Origin: Candidatus Azotimanducaceae bacterium | Lineage (GTDB): Bacteria > Pseudomonadota > Gammaproteobacteria > Pseudomonadales > Azotimanducaceae | Reading direction: 5' to 3' | Length of the DNA: 64,000 nucleotides | NCBI GenBank assembly: GCA_965277675.1 | Contig: OZ255839.1 | Coordinates: 1,260,543-1,324,542, forward strand | Part shown: one piece after another, positions 28,768 to 38,842 of the stretch | Layout: every line of letters starts with the position of its first letter | Position numbering within the stretch: position 1 is the first letter of the stretch | Position numbers and translations under genes: made by a program | The notes under the pieces: generated by a model | What the model was told of the DNA's origin: nothing | What the model saw: only the letters and a program-made list of their open reading frames with translations | The model's database searches: none

Positions 28768-29718
28768 CTAGAGCATGTTGCGGAGCATCAGTTCAGGTGG
28801 GTGAGGCTCGAGATAGGTCTGACCATCAATATAGCTATTGGGATACTTCTTTCGGAAATAGTTAATAAGGGTAATAGGGACGATCACTGGCACCAGTCCC
28901 GCCCTGTGCGCTTCAATCAGTCTGAGCAACTCAGCTTTATCGCCCGCGTCCAAAGATTCCTTGAAGAACCCCAACATATGCATCAGCACATTGGCGTGCT
29001 TCTTAGGGGTTGCAAGTACCTTCATACCCCGCATTAACAGACTGATGTACTCCTCACAGACAAGCGCAACCTCACCCTCACCCGCGCGCGCAACGATACG
29101 ACCCAGCGCTCGATAGACTGTTTCATCATGAGCGAGCACGGCAAATTTCTGGGCCGTATGGAATGCAACCAGCCCTTTGCTGGAATAGCCGTCCCGTTTA
29201 AAGGTGAGCCACCGGTCATACAGGAACACACGCTCCAGAAAGTTTTCCCGCAGCGCCGGATCCTGCAGTCTGCCCTCTTCCTCTACCGGCAGATTCGGAT
29301 TCTCCTGCATGATTTCCTGGGCGTAGATACCCACGCCATTTCGGTCTGGCGGCAGGTTCTCTGCCTTGTAAATCTTTACCCGGGTCATCCCGCAACTGGG
29401 TGAGTCTTTCTTGAGGATATAACCACTCATATCAACCAGTTGCGGTGCAATCCGACGCCCGTAGGCGCGGAGTTCGTCGGTATAACGCAGCGATGTATCA
29501 GCGTTACTGACCGCCTCGACCGTTGCGGCGGACGTTTCCACCAGACGGATGGTAGGTCTGGGAATGCCCAAACCGATGGCGACCTCAGGACAGAAAGGGA
29601 CGAACTCGAAATATTCGGCCAGTGTGGTTGATACGTAACGACTGTTTTTGTGCCCACCATCAAACCTGACCTCATGGCCCAGTAAGCAACTCGAAACACC
29701 AATCTTTGGTCTAGTCAG
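28768..29718 (-). CDS. DUF523 + DUF1722 fusion protein (YbgA-like)
   Basis: The track gives only 28768..29571. My own translation of 29712-29572 continues in frame as RPKIGVSSCLLGHEVRFDGGHKNSRYVSTTLAEYFEFVPFCPEVAIGLGIPRP, the conserved DUF523 N-terminus. The only start-like codon is CTG at 29718-29716, 7 nt after GGAG. Confidence 0.7.
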   Translation of the reverse strand: MTRPKIGVSSCLLGHEVRFDGGHKNSRYVSTTLAEYFEFVPFCPEVAIGLGIPRPTIRLVETSAATVEAVSNADTSLRYTDELRAYGRRIAPQLVDMSGYILKKDSPSCGMTRVKIYKAENLPPDRNGVGIYAQEIMQENPNLPVEEEGRLQDPALRENFLERVFLYDRWLTFKRDGYSSKGLVAFHTAQKFAVLAHDETVYRALGRIVARAGEGEVALVCEEYISLLMRGMKVLATPKKHANVLMHMLGFFKESLDAGDKAELLRLIEAHRAGLVPVIVPITLINYFRKKYPNSYIDGQTYLEPHPPELMLRNML

Positions 29719-31333
29719 AAATCCTCTCCCTAACGTCGATCACTGAGCCATCGAGATCTGAAGGTGCCTCAATATTCAGCAGTTCTGCGATGGTTGGCGC
29801 AATGTCGATACTGTGTCGTGCTGCGGTATCTACCTGCGATGCAATACCGTCGCCGAAAAAGATCAGAGGCACCCGCCGGTCATAGTCATAGACGCTACCG
29901 TGGCTAGTACCTTCATCGAAAAAGGCGAGACAGGTCTCATGCATCTGCAGCATGAGATGCCCCGATTTACCTGGTACATAGGACTGCCGAAATAGCCGGC
30001 CCGTGGCGTCGGTGGCCGCTTCTATTTCCGCCCCCGTCCAGGCATTCACAACATAGGGTTGGGATTCAAAATAAGCTTCCAGGAACGTCACAATTTCATC
30101 GACCTCATACCCTAACGATTCTGCGTAGGCTGCATTCACAGTAAGCCCCGCTGGAGAGGAGCCCACGAGGTCCATGGGATTGCCAAATGGCAGTGTAAAG
30201 TTCCAGTAGAGATGCCAGGCCATCCACAAGCGCATGCCAGTCAGGTCCAGCCTGCCACCCTCGACAGGGCATTGCATGGCATCTGTTTCAACCAGCCATT
30301 CCGGTAACGGCTGCACGCCATGATCGGAAGACAGCGCCACCAAATAATTCCCATCCAGAGTTTCATCGAGATAGTCGAGCAGTTCACCCACCAACTGGTC
30401 CAGGACATCCAGGGCATGCTCGGATTCTGCACTGAAAGGACCGTACAAATGCCCAACCAGATCTGTTGAAGAAAACGAGATCGACAGATAATCAGTCACC
30501 CCGCGTTGCCCCAGTTCTTCCTCATCCATGACACGGCGCGCCAATGCCAGCGTGGCGATATCAAGATAAGGAGAAAAATAGTACTGACTCGCGCGCGCGG
30601 CCAGTTCGCCCTGATTCAATGGATGTCCCGACACCCGCAGGTGTTGTCGGGATTCGCCCACATAGTCATCCGCACGCAGGCTGCCGGTGTTGTGCTCCCA
30701 GATGTCAGGGACGCTGCCAGCATAACCATCGTCAAAGAACTGCTGGCCGTTAAACGCAGCGACGTAGTCCGGCAGGGGCCCATAATACCCAGAGGACGTA
30801 AAGTTGCCTGTACCGCGGCTATACCAGTAAGCACCATCAGCGTCTCGCCCGCCAAGGGTAATCGCTGCCCTGTCCTTTCCGGAAACAGAAAACACGCGGG
30901 TCGCCGGCGCCGCCGCTTTCATCCAACTGCCCAGGGTGGTTGCTGTAATGGCGTTGGGTGACCGAATCTCTTGCGCGCCATACACCTGAAACGCCGGGTT
31001 GCTATCGTCAACACAATAGCGGTCCGCCATGGTTTCATGATCGATATAGCTATTGCCGGGGATGCCGGCTTTTGTCGGATTCACCCCCGTAGACATCACC
31101 ACATGACCGGGACAGGTATTGGTGAGGCCATGATCCAGCGTCGCGTTAGTGGCGACATACCCCTCGCGCATCAAACGCCCCAGACCGCCGGCCATCTCGT
31201 TGTGAAGCCTATCCGGCCTCAGTTGATCGACCGCAATCAGCACGACCAGACGAGGCTGCTCGGCCTGAATAGCCATGCTGATGCCAAGCAGACAAAGCGG
31301 CGCCCAGACAAGTTTATTTAACAAAGCACTCAT
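29711..31333 (-). CDS. Secreted alkaline-phosphatase-superfamily protein (nucleotide pyrophosphatase/phosphodiesterase type)
   Basis: Signal peptide, VVLIAVDQLRPDRL metal/nucleophile region, TCPGHVVMSTG and ALSSDHGVQP. Confidence 0.8.
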   Translation of the reverse strand: MSALLNKLVWAPLCLLGISMAIQAEQPRLVVLIAVDQLRPDRLHNEMAGGLGRLMREGYVATNATLDHGLTNTCPGHVVMSTGVNPTKAGIPGNSYIDHETMADRYCVDDSNPAFQVYGAQEIRSPNAITATTLGSWMKAAAPATRVFSVSGKDRAAITLGGRDADGAYWYSRGTGNFTSSGYYGPLPDYVAAFNGQQFFDDGYAGSVPDIWEHNTGSLRADDYVGESRQHLRVSGHPLNQGELAARASQYYFSPYLDIATLALARRVMDEEELGQRGVTDYLSISFSSTDLVGHLYGPFSAESEHALDVLDQLVGELLDYLDETLDGNYLVALSSDHGVQPLPEWLVETDAMQCPVEGGRLDLTGMRLWMAWHLYWNFTLPFGNPMDLVGSSPAGLTVNAAYAESLGYEVDEIVTFLEAYFESQPYVVNAWTGAEIEAATDATGRLFRQSYVPGKSGHLMLQMHETCLAFFDEGTSHGSVYDYDRRVPLIFFGDGIASQVDTAARHSIDIAPTIAELLNIEAPSDLDGSVIDVRERISD

Positions 31334-32034
31334 CGACGCGTCACGCTGGAAATCACAACCGGGGAAACAGGCACATCATCAAAACCGGCCATAGACCGGG
31401 TTTTACTACGCTCGATCTGATCAACAACATCCATGCCCTCTATCACCCGCGCGAACACGGCATAACCAAAGTTTTTGCAACGCTGGGGTCTAAACATCCC
31501 TTTCGCACGCGCAGCTGCAGCGGTCGCTTCGTCTTCCCGGGTGCAGCTTTTTTTAGGATTGTGGTTGAGATGATTATTGTCTTCAACGTTGATAAAAAAC
31601 TGGCGCGATGCCGAGTCGATTTCATTCATCCGCGCCATCGCGACGGAACCTCTGATATTTTTGAGGCCATTATCCGCTTCATTGCGGATAGGCGGTGCTT
31701 CCCCGGCTTCGGCAAGATCAGGGTCATAGCCACCTGCCTGCACCATAAAGCCCTCAATCACGCGATGAAAAATTGTATTGTCGTAGGCACCAGATTCAAC
31801 CAGGCCAAGAAAGTTTGCGACGGTCACTGGCGCTTTGTTGGGATTTAGTTCAAAGATAATGTCGCCAAGGTTTGTTTTGATAACAACCTGAGGCTGCTCG
31901 CTTGCCGCGCCGGATTCCTCAACCGCGCCTGCCAGCGAGCCACCCGTAAGCCATAAACAACAAACCAGCAGCAGACGTATCGCGCTGATTTTAGTGTAAC
32001 TGACTCTCTGCCCAGAGCGTAAACTCACCGGCAT
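31330..32034 (-). CDS. Periplasmic cyclophilin-type peptidyl-prolyl isomerase
   Basis: VTVANFLGLVESGAYDNTIFHRVIEGFMVQAGGYD. The track start at 32148 would overlap the upstream gene by 158 nt. ATG at 32034 gives a signal-like ISAIRLLLVCCLWLTGGSLAGA. The start remains uncertain. Confidence 0.8.
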   Translation of the reverse strand: MPVSLRSGQRVSYTKISAIRLLLVCCLWLTGGSLAGAVEESGAASEQPQVVIKTNLGDIIFELNPNKAPVTVANFLGLVESGAYDNTIFHRVIEGFMVQAGGYDPDLAEAGEAPPIRNEADNGLKNIRGSVAMARMNEIDSASRQFFINVEDNNHLNHNPKKSCTREDEATAAAARAKGMFRPQRCKNFGYAVFARVIEGMDVVDQIERSKTRSMAGFDDVPVSPVVISSVTRR

Positions 32035-32326
32035 CAAAAAACTTTCCGTGCTCATCACATTCCTCAAACTGCAACTGACTTTCTGAAAGATCAAAGAAAC
32101 GGCGCATTGGCTGGCTGCACCTTGGACATTTGATCGCTTCGATTTCATCCATCGCCTCGCCTACCTCGGGATCACCGGTATCAATATAGTCAGCCACCAG
32201 GCGATCAGACAATTGTTCCGCTTCACCTCGATCAAACCAAAGCCCCTGACATTCAAGGCACCGGTCGATGGTAACCCCCTTTGACTCTACTTCTTCCATA
32301 CCAGCGTGACACTTTGGACATTGCAT
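31991..32326 (-). CDS. Double zinc-ribbon protein (zf-TFIIB-like repeats)
   Basis: Two modules: CPKCHAGM...CLECQGLWFDRGE and CPRCSQPM...CDEHGKFFDAGE. Confidence 0.65.
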   Translation of the reverse strand: MQCPKCHAGMEEVESKGVTIDRCLECQGLWFDRGEAEQLSDRLVADYIDTGDPEVGEAMDEIEAIKCPRCSQPMRRFFDLSESQLQFEECDEHGKFFDAGEFTLWAESQLH

Positions 32327-32335
32327 ATGCGCTCC

Positions 32336-33826
32336 TCAATCCTGAAATGCGGGTGCGGGAACAAACCCGCCCAGTTCTTTATGCACCATTCTGGCGAACG
32401 CAACCGTCTTCAGATCCTGCATTTCGCCACCGATAATCTGGACGCCGATAGGCAGACCGGCATCGTCGGGCCCTGTCGGCACAACTGTGGAAGGTAACAT
32501 CGAAACACCTGAGAGCCCTGCCCAGAAAAGCTGTTCCATATAGGGTCGCTGCTCATTGTTAACGGGCACCGTGCGTTCGGACAACTTCGGGTTGTGGTCA
32601 TGGGGAAACGCGCTGGTAGAACACATAGGCGTCAGCAACAGATCATAGTCCTTGAAGAAGCGGTGCCATGCCCAGCGGAGATGGGTGCGTTTTTCATTTT
32701 CCTGATGCCAGTCACGATAGAACTGGGTGCTCGCCCGTGTGAGTCTGGCGACATCTGACATATCATCTTCGGCAAGTGTCTGGCGTTTGTTCCACATCAT
32801 CTCAAACGCCGCTTCAGGCTGACGTGCTGACATTGCCGCATGTAACAATTTTTCGTAGATATGGTGGGTTTCCCGGGCACTGAAATCGGGACGGGCATCA
32901 AAATCAACCTGGGCACCCTGGGATTTGGCAAGTTCAGCGATACGTTCGACACGCCGCTGCATCGTCCGGTCAACCGGTGCCATTTCATCATCCAGCCAAA
33001 CCGCAATTCGATAATCTGATAAAGGTTTAGCGCCGGGGTCAGGCAAGTCGAGCGTCCAGCCGGGATTCTGGAGATCGTCAGCCCCGCCAACAATCTGCAT
33101 GACCATGGCCAGATCCTCGGCACTACGGGCCAGCGGACCTATGACAGAGATATCGCTGGGCGTCAGTACGCCGGGCATGGCATGGCCGCGCATGGGCAGT
33201 ACGTTCCAGGTCGGCTTCAAGCCAAACACGCCACAATAATGTGCCGGGTTTCGAATGGAGCCACCGATATCACTCCCCATCTCAAGTCCTGACAAGCCTG
33301 CTGCCATCGCGGCTGCAGAACCGCCGCTGGAACCGCCGGGCGTCCGGCCTACATCATGCGGATTACCGGTGACGCCATAAACCTCGTTGTAACTCTGGAA
33401 GTCGGACAGGTGAATTGGCACATTGGTCTTTCCAAATATCACCGCGCCAGCATTTTGCAATCGCTGGCAGGCCACCGCGTCCTCAGATGCAATGTTATCT
33501 TTTAGTTCAGGTACTCCCCAGGTCGTCGGTAATCCTTCAATGTTGTAGGACTCTTTGACGGTCATGGGTACGCCATGTAACGGCCCCCAATCCTCGCCCC
33601 TGGCGAGTGCTGCATCTGCGGCCGCCGCCCGGGTCGTGGCTTTTTCCACTTGCGTACAAACGACGGCATTGATTTCAGGATTGTAACGCTCAACCCGCTG
33701 GACGTAATGTGCCAGCAGTTCTGCGGCACTGATTTCTTTGGCCTTTATTTTTTTTGCCAACGTGGTCGCATCAGCAAACGCCAGTTCATCCATTATACTC
33801 TCCCCGTAAACCGTACTTGCGCTCAA
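32336..33826 (-). CDS. Amidase (amidase-signature family)
   Basis: Signature GGSSGGSAAAMAAGL with a downstream GSDIGGSIRNPA. Confidence 0.9.
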   Translation of the reverse strand: MSASTVYGESIMDELAFADATTLAKKIKAKEISAAELLAHYVQRVERYNPEINAVVCTQVEKATTRAAAADAALARGEDWGPLHGVPMTVKESYNIEGLPTTWGVPELKDNIASEDAVACQRLQNAGAVIFGKTNVPIHLSDFQSYNEVYGVTGNPHDVGRTPGGSSGGSAAAMAAGLSGLEMGSDIGGSIRNPAHYCGVFGLKPTWNVLPMRGHAMPGVLTPSDISVIGPLARSAEDLAMVMQIVGGADDLQNPGWTLDLPDPGAKPLSDYRIAVWLDDEMAPVDRTMQRRVERIAELAKSQGAQVDFDARPDFSARETHHIYEKLLHAAMSARQPEAAFEMMWNKRQTLAEDDMSDVARLTRASTQFYRDWHQENEKRTHLRWAWHRFFKDYDLLLTPMCSTSAFPHDHNPKLSERTVPVNNEQRPYMEQLFWAGLSGVSMLPSTVVPTGPDDAGLPIGVQIIGGEMQDLKTVAFARMVHKELGGFVPAPAFQD

Positions 33827-33892
33827 TAACAGCAGAGCATAGCATGCGCGGCTGCGTTGCAGATGACCCTTAAACCCGACCGGCAGCCAACC

Positions 33893-34477
33893 ATGTCACT
33901 GACAGAAATCATCAGTACAACCACGATCTTTTTCCTGATTATGGACCCTCTGGGCAACGTACCGCTGTTCATGTCGGTACTGAAAAACGTACCTGCAGAG
34001 CGACGCCTGAAGATCACGTTTCGGGAACTACTGATCGCCTATGTTGCACTACTTGTGTATCTATTCTGCGGTCGCTACGTTCTGGACATTCTGAACCTGA
34101 CCAACGAAGCCATTGCTATTTCCGGCGGCATTATTCTGTTTCTGATCGCCATCAAGATGATCTTCCCCCCTCAGCACGGCATCTTTGGCGACAGCGGCGA
34201 TAGTGAGCCGCTGATTGTGCCGCTGGCCATACCGGCCGTGGCGGGACCTTCTATTATGGCAGTACTGATGCTGATGGCGACGACCCAGCCAGTGATGCAG
34301 CTACTGCTTTGTATCAGCATTGCCTGGTTTTTATCCGCATCGCTTTTGATGGCCGCGACCCCGCTGGACAGGATCCTCGGACCGCGTGGTCTCACTGCCG
34401 TTGAACGATTGATGGGTATGCTGCTGGTAATGATGGCGGTTCAGATGATGCTCGACGCCTATCAGTCACTGGCCTGA
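33893..34477 (+). CDS. MarC/UPF0056 family inner-membrane protein
   Basis: ATG at 33893 gives MSLTEIISTTTIFFLIMDPLGNVPLF, the conserved N-terminus of the family. Six hydrophobic segments. Confidence 0.8.
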   Translation: MSLTEIISTTTIFFLIMDPLGNVPLFMSVLKNVPAERRLKITFRELLIAYVALLVYLFCGRYVLDILNLTNEAIAISGGIILFLIAIKMIFPPQHGIFGDSGDSEPLIVPLAIPAVAGPSIMAVLMLMATTQPVMQLLLCISIAWFLSASLLMAATPLDRILGPRGLTAVERLMGMLLVMMAVQMMLDAYQSLA

Positions 34478-34548
34478 TGCACTGGACGAAACCAGGTACC
34501 TACCGCATGATGGTGCCGGTTTTACATTTAACGTCTTAAGGAAAAGCT

Positions 34549-35265
34549 ATGGGTTCGTTGGATCAACAAAAAGTTGTGGTTATTGGTGGTACTTCAGGCA
34601 TCGGCCTGGCCACAGCGGTTATGGCAGCAGCTGCAGGTGCCGACGTCTGGGCAGTCAGTCGATCACAGGACAAGGTTGACCAGTGCCAGGCCAGTCATCC
34701 TGAAATCAAATTCGGTACGCTGGACGTTCACGACGTGCCCGGTCTGGAAGCATTGTTCGCCGAGGTTGGTGAGATTGATCACATTGTTGCCAACGCGACC
34801 GGTGCCAACAGAACCAACGCCCCTTTTATGGAGCAGACCGACGAGCAGTTCCGCGAAGCGTTCAACAAGTTCTGGGGCTATACGAACATCGCCAGGACGG
34901 GGGTGCCGCACCTCAAAGAAACGGGTTCACTGACTTTTATCAGTGGCTTCCCCGCCAGGAAGTGTAACGTCGGCATGTCCTCGATCTCCTGCACGGGTTG
35001 CGCAGTTGAAGGGCTCACTCGTGCCCTGGCAATAGAGCTGGCACCGAAACGGGTTAACGTTGTCGCACCGGGCATGATTGATACGGATGCTTTTTCAGCC
35101 CTGGGCGCTAACCGCGAGGCTGTCCTGGAAAACATGGGTAAAGCCATTCCACTGGGGCGTGTGGGTCATTCCGACGAAGTTGCCAAGGCCATACTGCACG
35201 CCATGGATAACGCCTATATGACAGGCGCGACATTAGATGTCGATGGCGGCGTGTTGCTTCCCTAG
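34549..35265 (+). CDS. SDR family oxidoreductase
   Basis: VVVIGGTSGIGLA cofactor motif, 238 aa. Confidence 0.85.
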   Translation: MGSLDQQKVVVIGGTSGIGLATAVMAAAAGADVWAVSRSQDKVDQCQASHPEIKFGTLDVHDVPGLEALFAEVGEIDHIVANATGANRTNAPFMEQTDEQFREAFNKFWGYTNIARTGVPHLKETGSLTFISGFPARKCNVGMSSISCTGCAVEGLTRALAIELAPKRVNVVAPGMIDTDAFSALGANREAVLENMGKAIPLGRVGHSDEVAKAILHAMDNAYMTGATLDVDGGVLLP

Positions 35266-35422
35266 CGACGGGTAAGCGATGGAGAAAAACTGAGAAGGGA
35301 AATTAAAGACCACCTTAGCCACATCCCGGCACATAAATTTATTGCTACCGTTGCTCCCTTCCAGGCCTGGCGGAGTTCACAACTATTCATTGCGGGAGGA
35401 CCAAGGTGGAATCCCCAGTATA

Positions 35423-36037
35423 CTACTGGGCAGCCAGCGCATCTACCCAACATCGTTCGGAAATAATCTTGAGGTTGCTTCCCTGTTCACGCAGTTCAAT
35501 CGCCCGCTCGATAGATCGGCCAAACGTGGTGTGTATCCAGTCCGGTGAACAAAATTCGCCGATGACAAGATAATCCGTATCTTTCGTCGGCTGACTGACC
35601 ACGGTACCGCCAATCTCCATAATGGTGCCTTCACAGTCCCCGGTGGGGCCAAAAACAAACTTACCGGTAAGGCAAAACTCCCGATCGCTAAACTCAACGT
35701 CGGGTTCTGGCTTATCCAGCGGCAGCGTCGTCGCCTGATTAGGTTCCTGCAGTGGTGAGCCTTCACCGGTCAGGTCTCGCAGAGTTTCCAGCAGATCAGA
35801 CTGCTCATCGCTCGTCAGCACGCCATCCATCAGCATTTCTGTGACTCTGGCGTAGACCACATTAGCTGGCCACTTATCCGCCAGTTCCCGATGGTTCTCA
35901 ATCCACTGACCAAGAAAAATTGCTTCTGATTCATCAATTACACCATCAGCGATCACACCGCGACAGATGCCAATCAGTTCATCAATCAATCGGTCCTGAA
36001 TGCGGGAGGCATTTTTTGAACGTGCAGTCTTACTCAT
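35423..36037 (-). CDS. BRCT-domain protein with TerB/DjlA-N-like N-terminal helical domain
   Basis: ATG at 36037 follows AAGGAAGAGA. C-terminal FCLTGKFVFGPTGDCEGTIMEIGGTVVSQPTKDTDYLVIGE...LKIISE follows the BRCT pattern of ligase C-termini. The N-terminus GVIADGVIDESEAIFL is TerB-like. Confidence 0.6.
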   Translation of the reverse strand: MSKTARSKNASRIQDRLIDELIGICRGVIADGVIDESEAIFLGQWIENHRELADKWPANVVYARVTEMLMDGVLTSDEQSDLLETLRDLTGEGSPLQEPNQATTLPLDKPEPDVEFSDREFCLTGKFVFGPTGDCEGTIMEIGGTVVSQPTKDTDYLVIGEFCSPDWIHTTFGRSIERAIELREQGSNLKIISERCWVDALAAQ

Positions 36038-36050
36038 CTTTCTCTTCCTT

Positions 36051-36068
36051 AAACAGCGATAGCTGTTT
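36051..36068. promoter_or_regulatory. Inverted repeat aaacagc-gata-gctgttt just upstream of the BRCT gene SD
   Basis: 7-bp perfect arms with a 4-nt spacer, 14-31 nt upstream of the start codon at 36037. Confidence 0.35.
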
Positions 36069-36225
36069 TGCTTCGTCAGAAGGGTATATCTCCTGAACAA
36101 CGTATTCCCAATCACATCGAGACAATAACACCCGGGTAAATACTGAACCCGGCTCAAAGGCCAGTGGTCCCCGGAAGCCTTCAAGTGTCTGTCGTCAACA
36201 CTTAAGACTTGCTAATCGAATCAGG

Positions 36226-36777
36226 CTACCAGCGAACTACAAAATCAGCGGGGTTGAGTTCCGGTAGAGATTTACGACGCCCCTCTACCTCACCGATGTA
36301 GAGGAAACCGATCATTTTGTCGTTCTCCTCAAAGCCAAGGCCCTTTCTGACCACATCGTTGTAAGTCATGCTGCCAGTCCTCCACATCGCCCCGAAACCC
36401 AGCGCATGCGCTGCATTCAGCATGTTTTGCACCAACGCACCGGCGGACAGAACCTGCTCTATTTCAGGTACCTTGGCATGTTCAGTGATGCGCGCAGCCA
36501 CAACAAGAATCAGTGGCGCCCGCAGCGGCTTTTTACGCAACTTATCGAGCGCCTCTCTGGATTGATTCGGATCTGATGTGAGTTTGGCCTGAGCAAATAA
36601 CGCGCCCAGGCGCTCCCGCGCCGCACCTTCGATGGCGACCATACGCCATGGCCGAAGCTGTGCATGATCCGGCGCACGCAGACCCGCCTTGATAATTTCG
36701 TCTAGTACTGCTTCCGGCACATCTCCGGTGAGCCGCGGCGCTGAATTGCGGGACTGGATGGCTTCCAGTGCTTCCAC
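36226..36777 (-). CDS. ydjA: NAD(P)H nitroreductase YdjA-like
   Basis: SRNSAPRLTGDVP...GLRAPDHAQLRPWRMVAIEG...APLILVVAAR...GFGAMWRTG...KMIGFLYIG is collinear with E. coli YdjA. Confidence 0.8.
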   Translation of the reverse strand: MEALEAIQSRNSAPRLTGDVPEAVLDEIIKAGLRAPDHAQLRPWRMVAIEGAARERLGALFAQAKLTSDPNQSREALDKLRKKPLRAPLILVVAARITEHAKVPEIEQVLSAGALVQNMLNAAHALGFGAMWRTGSMTYNDVVRKGLGFEENDKMIGFLYIGEVEGRRKSLPELNPADFVVRW

Positions 36778-36900
36778 TTGATGGTCACTCTCTATAATTC
36801 GTCAAGCGGGAAGATACTCTATTCGATCAAACTCTGAAACCGTGTCACCGGGATGTGTGAGGTTTGCTACACTCTGCGCTCCTGTAGATGTCCGACGCAC

Positions 36901-37623
36901 ATGATTAATGATCATCGCCCATACTGGCTGAAACAGTGCTACCTGAAATTTGAGCACTGGTACGCAAATTACTTTGTTGCGCCCGGCCTGGAATCTATGG
37001 GTCCGGGACACACCCTGATGAAACCCTGGAACATTCGTATCTATGGTCGGCACATTAACGTCGGCAGGCATCTGCATGTGATTTCTGACAGCCACCGCAA
37101 GGTGTCCTTTTCAAGCTGGACCTTCGGTGAGCACCAGGGACACATCACGCTTGGCGATCACGTACTGGTCTGCCCGGGCTGCCGATTTGATTCGGCCAGC
37201 AGCATTACCATCGGGGACAACTGCATGTTCGCCGCTGGCGCGTACATTACCGACGCGGACTGGCACGACGTTTACGACCGCACCGAAACGGTAGGCGTTA
37301 CCAAACCCGTGGTCTTAGGAAAAAACGTCTGGATCGGTGACGGCGCAATAGTCTGCAAAGGTGTCACCATCGGCGACAACGCCGTGATTGGCGCCGGCAG
37401 TGTTGTGGCATCCGATATCCCGGCCAATGTCATTGCGGCGGGCAACCCCGCAGCCGTTATCAAACCGCTCGATCCAGAACGAGACCTGATCAAGCGAGAC
37501 ACCATTTTTGAGGATTTTGGCGCCCTTGAGAAAAAGATCGATGACATCGACCGTTACGTCCTTGGTGGCAATTCTCTGATTGGCTGGTTACGCGCAAAAG
37601 TGTTCCCGAAGCGCGGCGATTGA
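36901..37623 (+). CDS. Hexapeptide-repeat (LbH) acyl/acetyltransferase
   Basis: ATG at 36901. Left-handed beta-helix repeats VWIGDGAIVCKGVTIGDNAVIGAGSVVASDIPANVIAAGNPA. Confidence 0.8.
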   Translation: MINDHRPYWLKQCYLKFEHWYANYFVAPGLESMGPGHTLMKPWNIRIYGRHINVGRHLHVISDSHRKVSFSSWTFGEHQGHITLGDHVLVCPGCRFDSASSITIGDNCMFAAGAYITDADWHDVYDRTETVGVTKPVVLGKNVWIGDGAIVCKGVTIGDNAVIGAGSVVASDIPANVIAAGNPAAVIKPLDPERDLIKRDTIFEDFGALEKKIDDIDRYVLGGNSLIGWLRAKVFPKRGD

Positions 37624-37625
37624 AA

Positions 37626-38711
37626 TCAGTTCTTTTTAACCGCGTGCCAATGCTCCGCGATACCAAATCCTGGCCTGCCTTCCCAATCAAACTCAAACAG
37701 CCCCTCATTAATGAAGGTCGCGCCACCGGGCATCGGCACTTTCGTGGGACACATATTACGAGCCCGTCCGGTGATCACGACCGGCTCCTTACCTTCAATG
37801 GAACCGGTTAATCTGACAGCATCATGCAGTATCGAGTTATCCCGATAGTCTGTCGTAATGACGACGTCTTTTAAGTTCAAGGACTCCCCATCGCGCTGTA
37901 TCCATCCTGCGCCTTTCATCTCACCCGACGGCTGACGGAAACAGGCACCGCCCAACGCGGCTGCTTCACCAAAGTTCATCGAGAACCAGTTAACAAAGGG
38001 ATAAGGTGCTTGCGGCGTGGAGAATCGCTGACTGGGCTTTGACGGCGCTTGTTCACCATCTTTAGAGCGCTGGCTTGCGCCCCAGTCCCGGGGACCCCAG
38101 GATTTATCCCTGACGCCAAAACCGCTAACCTCAAAAACCTCACCATCAACCTCAATGCTGCCAGCGACACGCCCGCTCTGCTCAAAGTGCCCAAAGGCAC
38201 CCGTAGAACCGTCCTCGGAGGACGTGAAGTGCGGTTCAGTTGTACAGTCGAAAGACAGTGACATCTTAAGATGCGCATCCCGATACCAACCCGCTGGCCG
38301 GAGCTTACTACGCTCCAACAACACAGCCGCATCCGACATATCCTGGCCCCGCCCGTCATAATCGATACGCCATTGCTGGTGCGGTTCCACCAGAGAAATG
38401 GTCAGACCGCCGGCCGAAAGGTCACCATCATAAACCGACAGATCATGGCCGATATCACGTCGGCCATAGGTGAAAATGACACGGCTGCCCGGCAGATAAA
38501 TCGCATGCAGTGCATCCGCCCATTGATCACCCGGACGAAATCCCATACGCGTGAACATGCCAATACCCGACTGCGGATCAACAAAGTTAAAGTAGTAGCT
38601 TTCGCTCCAGGCGGGCGCATCACCCACCGGATGCATGAGTTCATGGTTAGTTGCAGAATCTACCAATTGAATTTCCTCCAGGGGCGATACAGATCTGAAT
38701 ATAGCGGGCAT
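37626..38711 (-). CDS. Conserved hypothetical soluble protein
   Basis: 361-aa ORF with no TM and no recognisable catalytic motif. Contains the WSESYYFNFVD segment. Last gene of the 41754-37626 minus-strand cluster. Confidence 0.55.
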   Translation of the reverse strand: MPAIFRSVSPLEEIQLVDSATNHELMHPVGDAPAWSESYYFNFVDPQSGIGMFTRMGFRPGDQWADALHAIYLPGSRVIFTYGRRDIGHDLSVYDGDLSAGGLTISLVEPHQQWRIDYDGRGQDMSDAAVLLERSKLRPAGWYRDAHLKMSLSFDCTTEPHFTSSEDGSTGAFGHFEQSGRVAGSIEVDGEVFEVSGFGVRDKSWGPRDWGASQRSKDGEQAPSKPSQRFSTPQAPYPFVNWFSMNFGEAAALGGACFRQPSGEMKGAGWIQRDGESLNLKDVVITTDYRDNSILHDAVRLTGSIEGKEPVVITGRARNMCPTKVPMPGGATFINEGLFEFDWEGRPGFGIAEHWHAVKKN

Positions 38712-38842
38712 GTTATCGAATCTGCTGCGGTCCGGCCATCCGGGCAGCCAAACCTGAAACAGAAATCGTTGAGCTGCACGTAGAAACGAATTTCGCTTTT
38801 GTTGCTTTGGCCACGAATGTCGTGACGCTGCTCTGTTATCAA

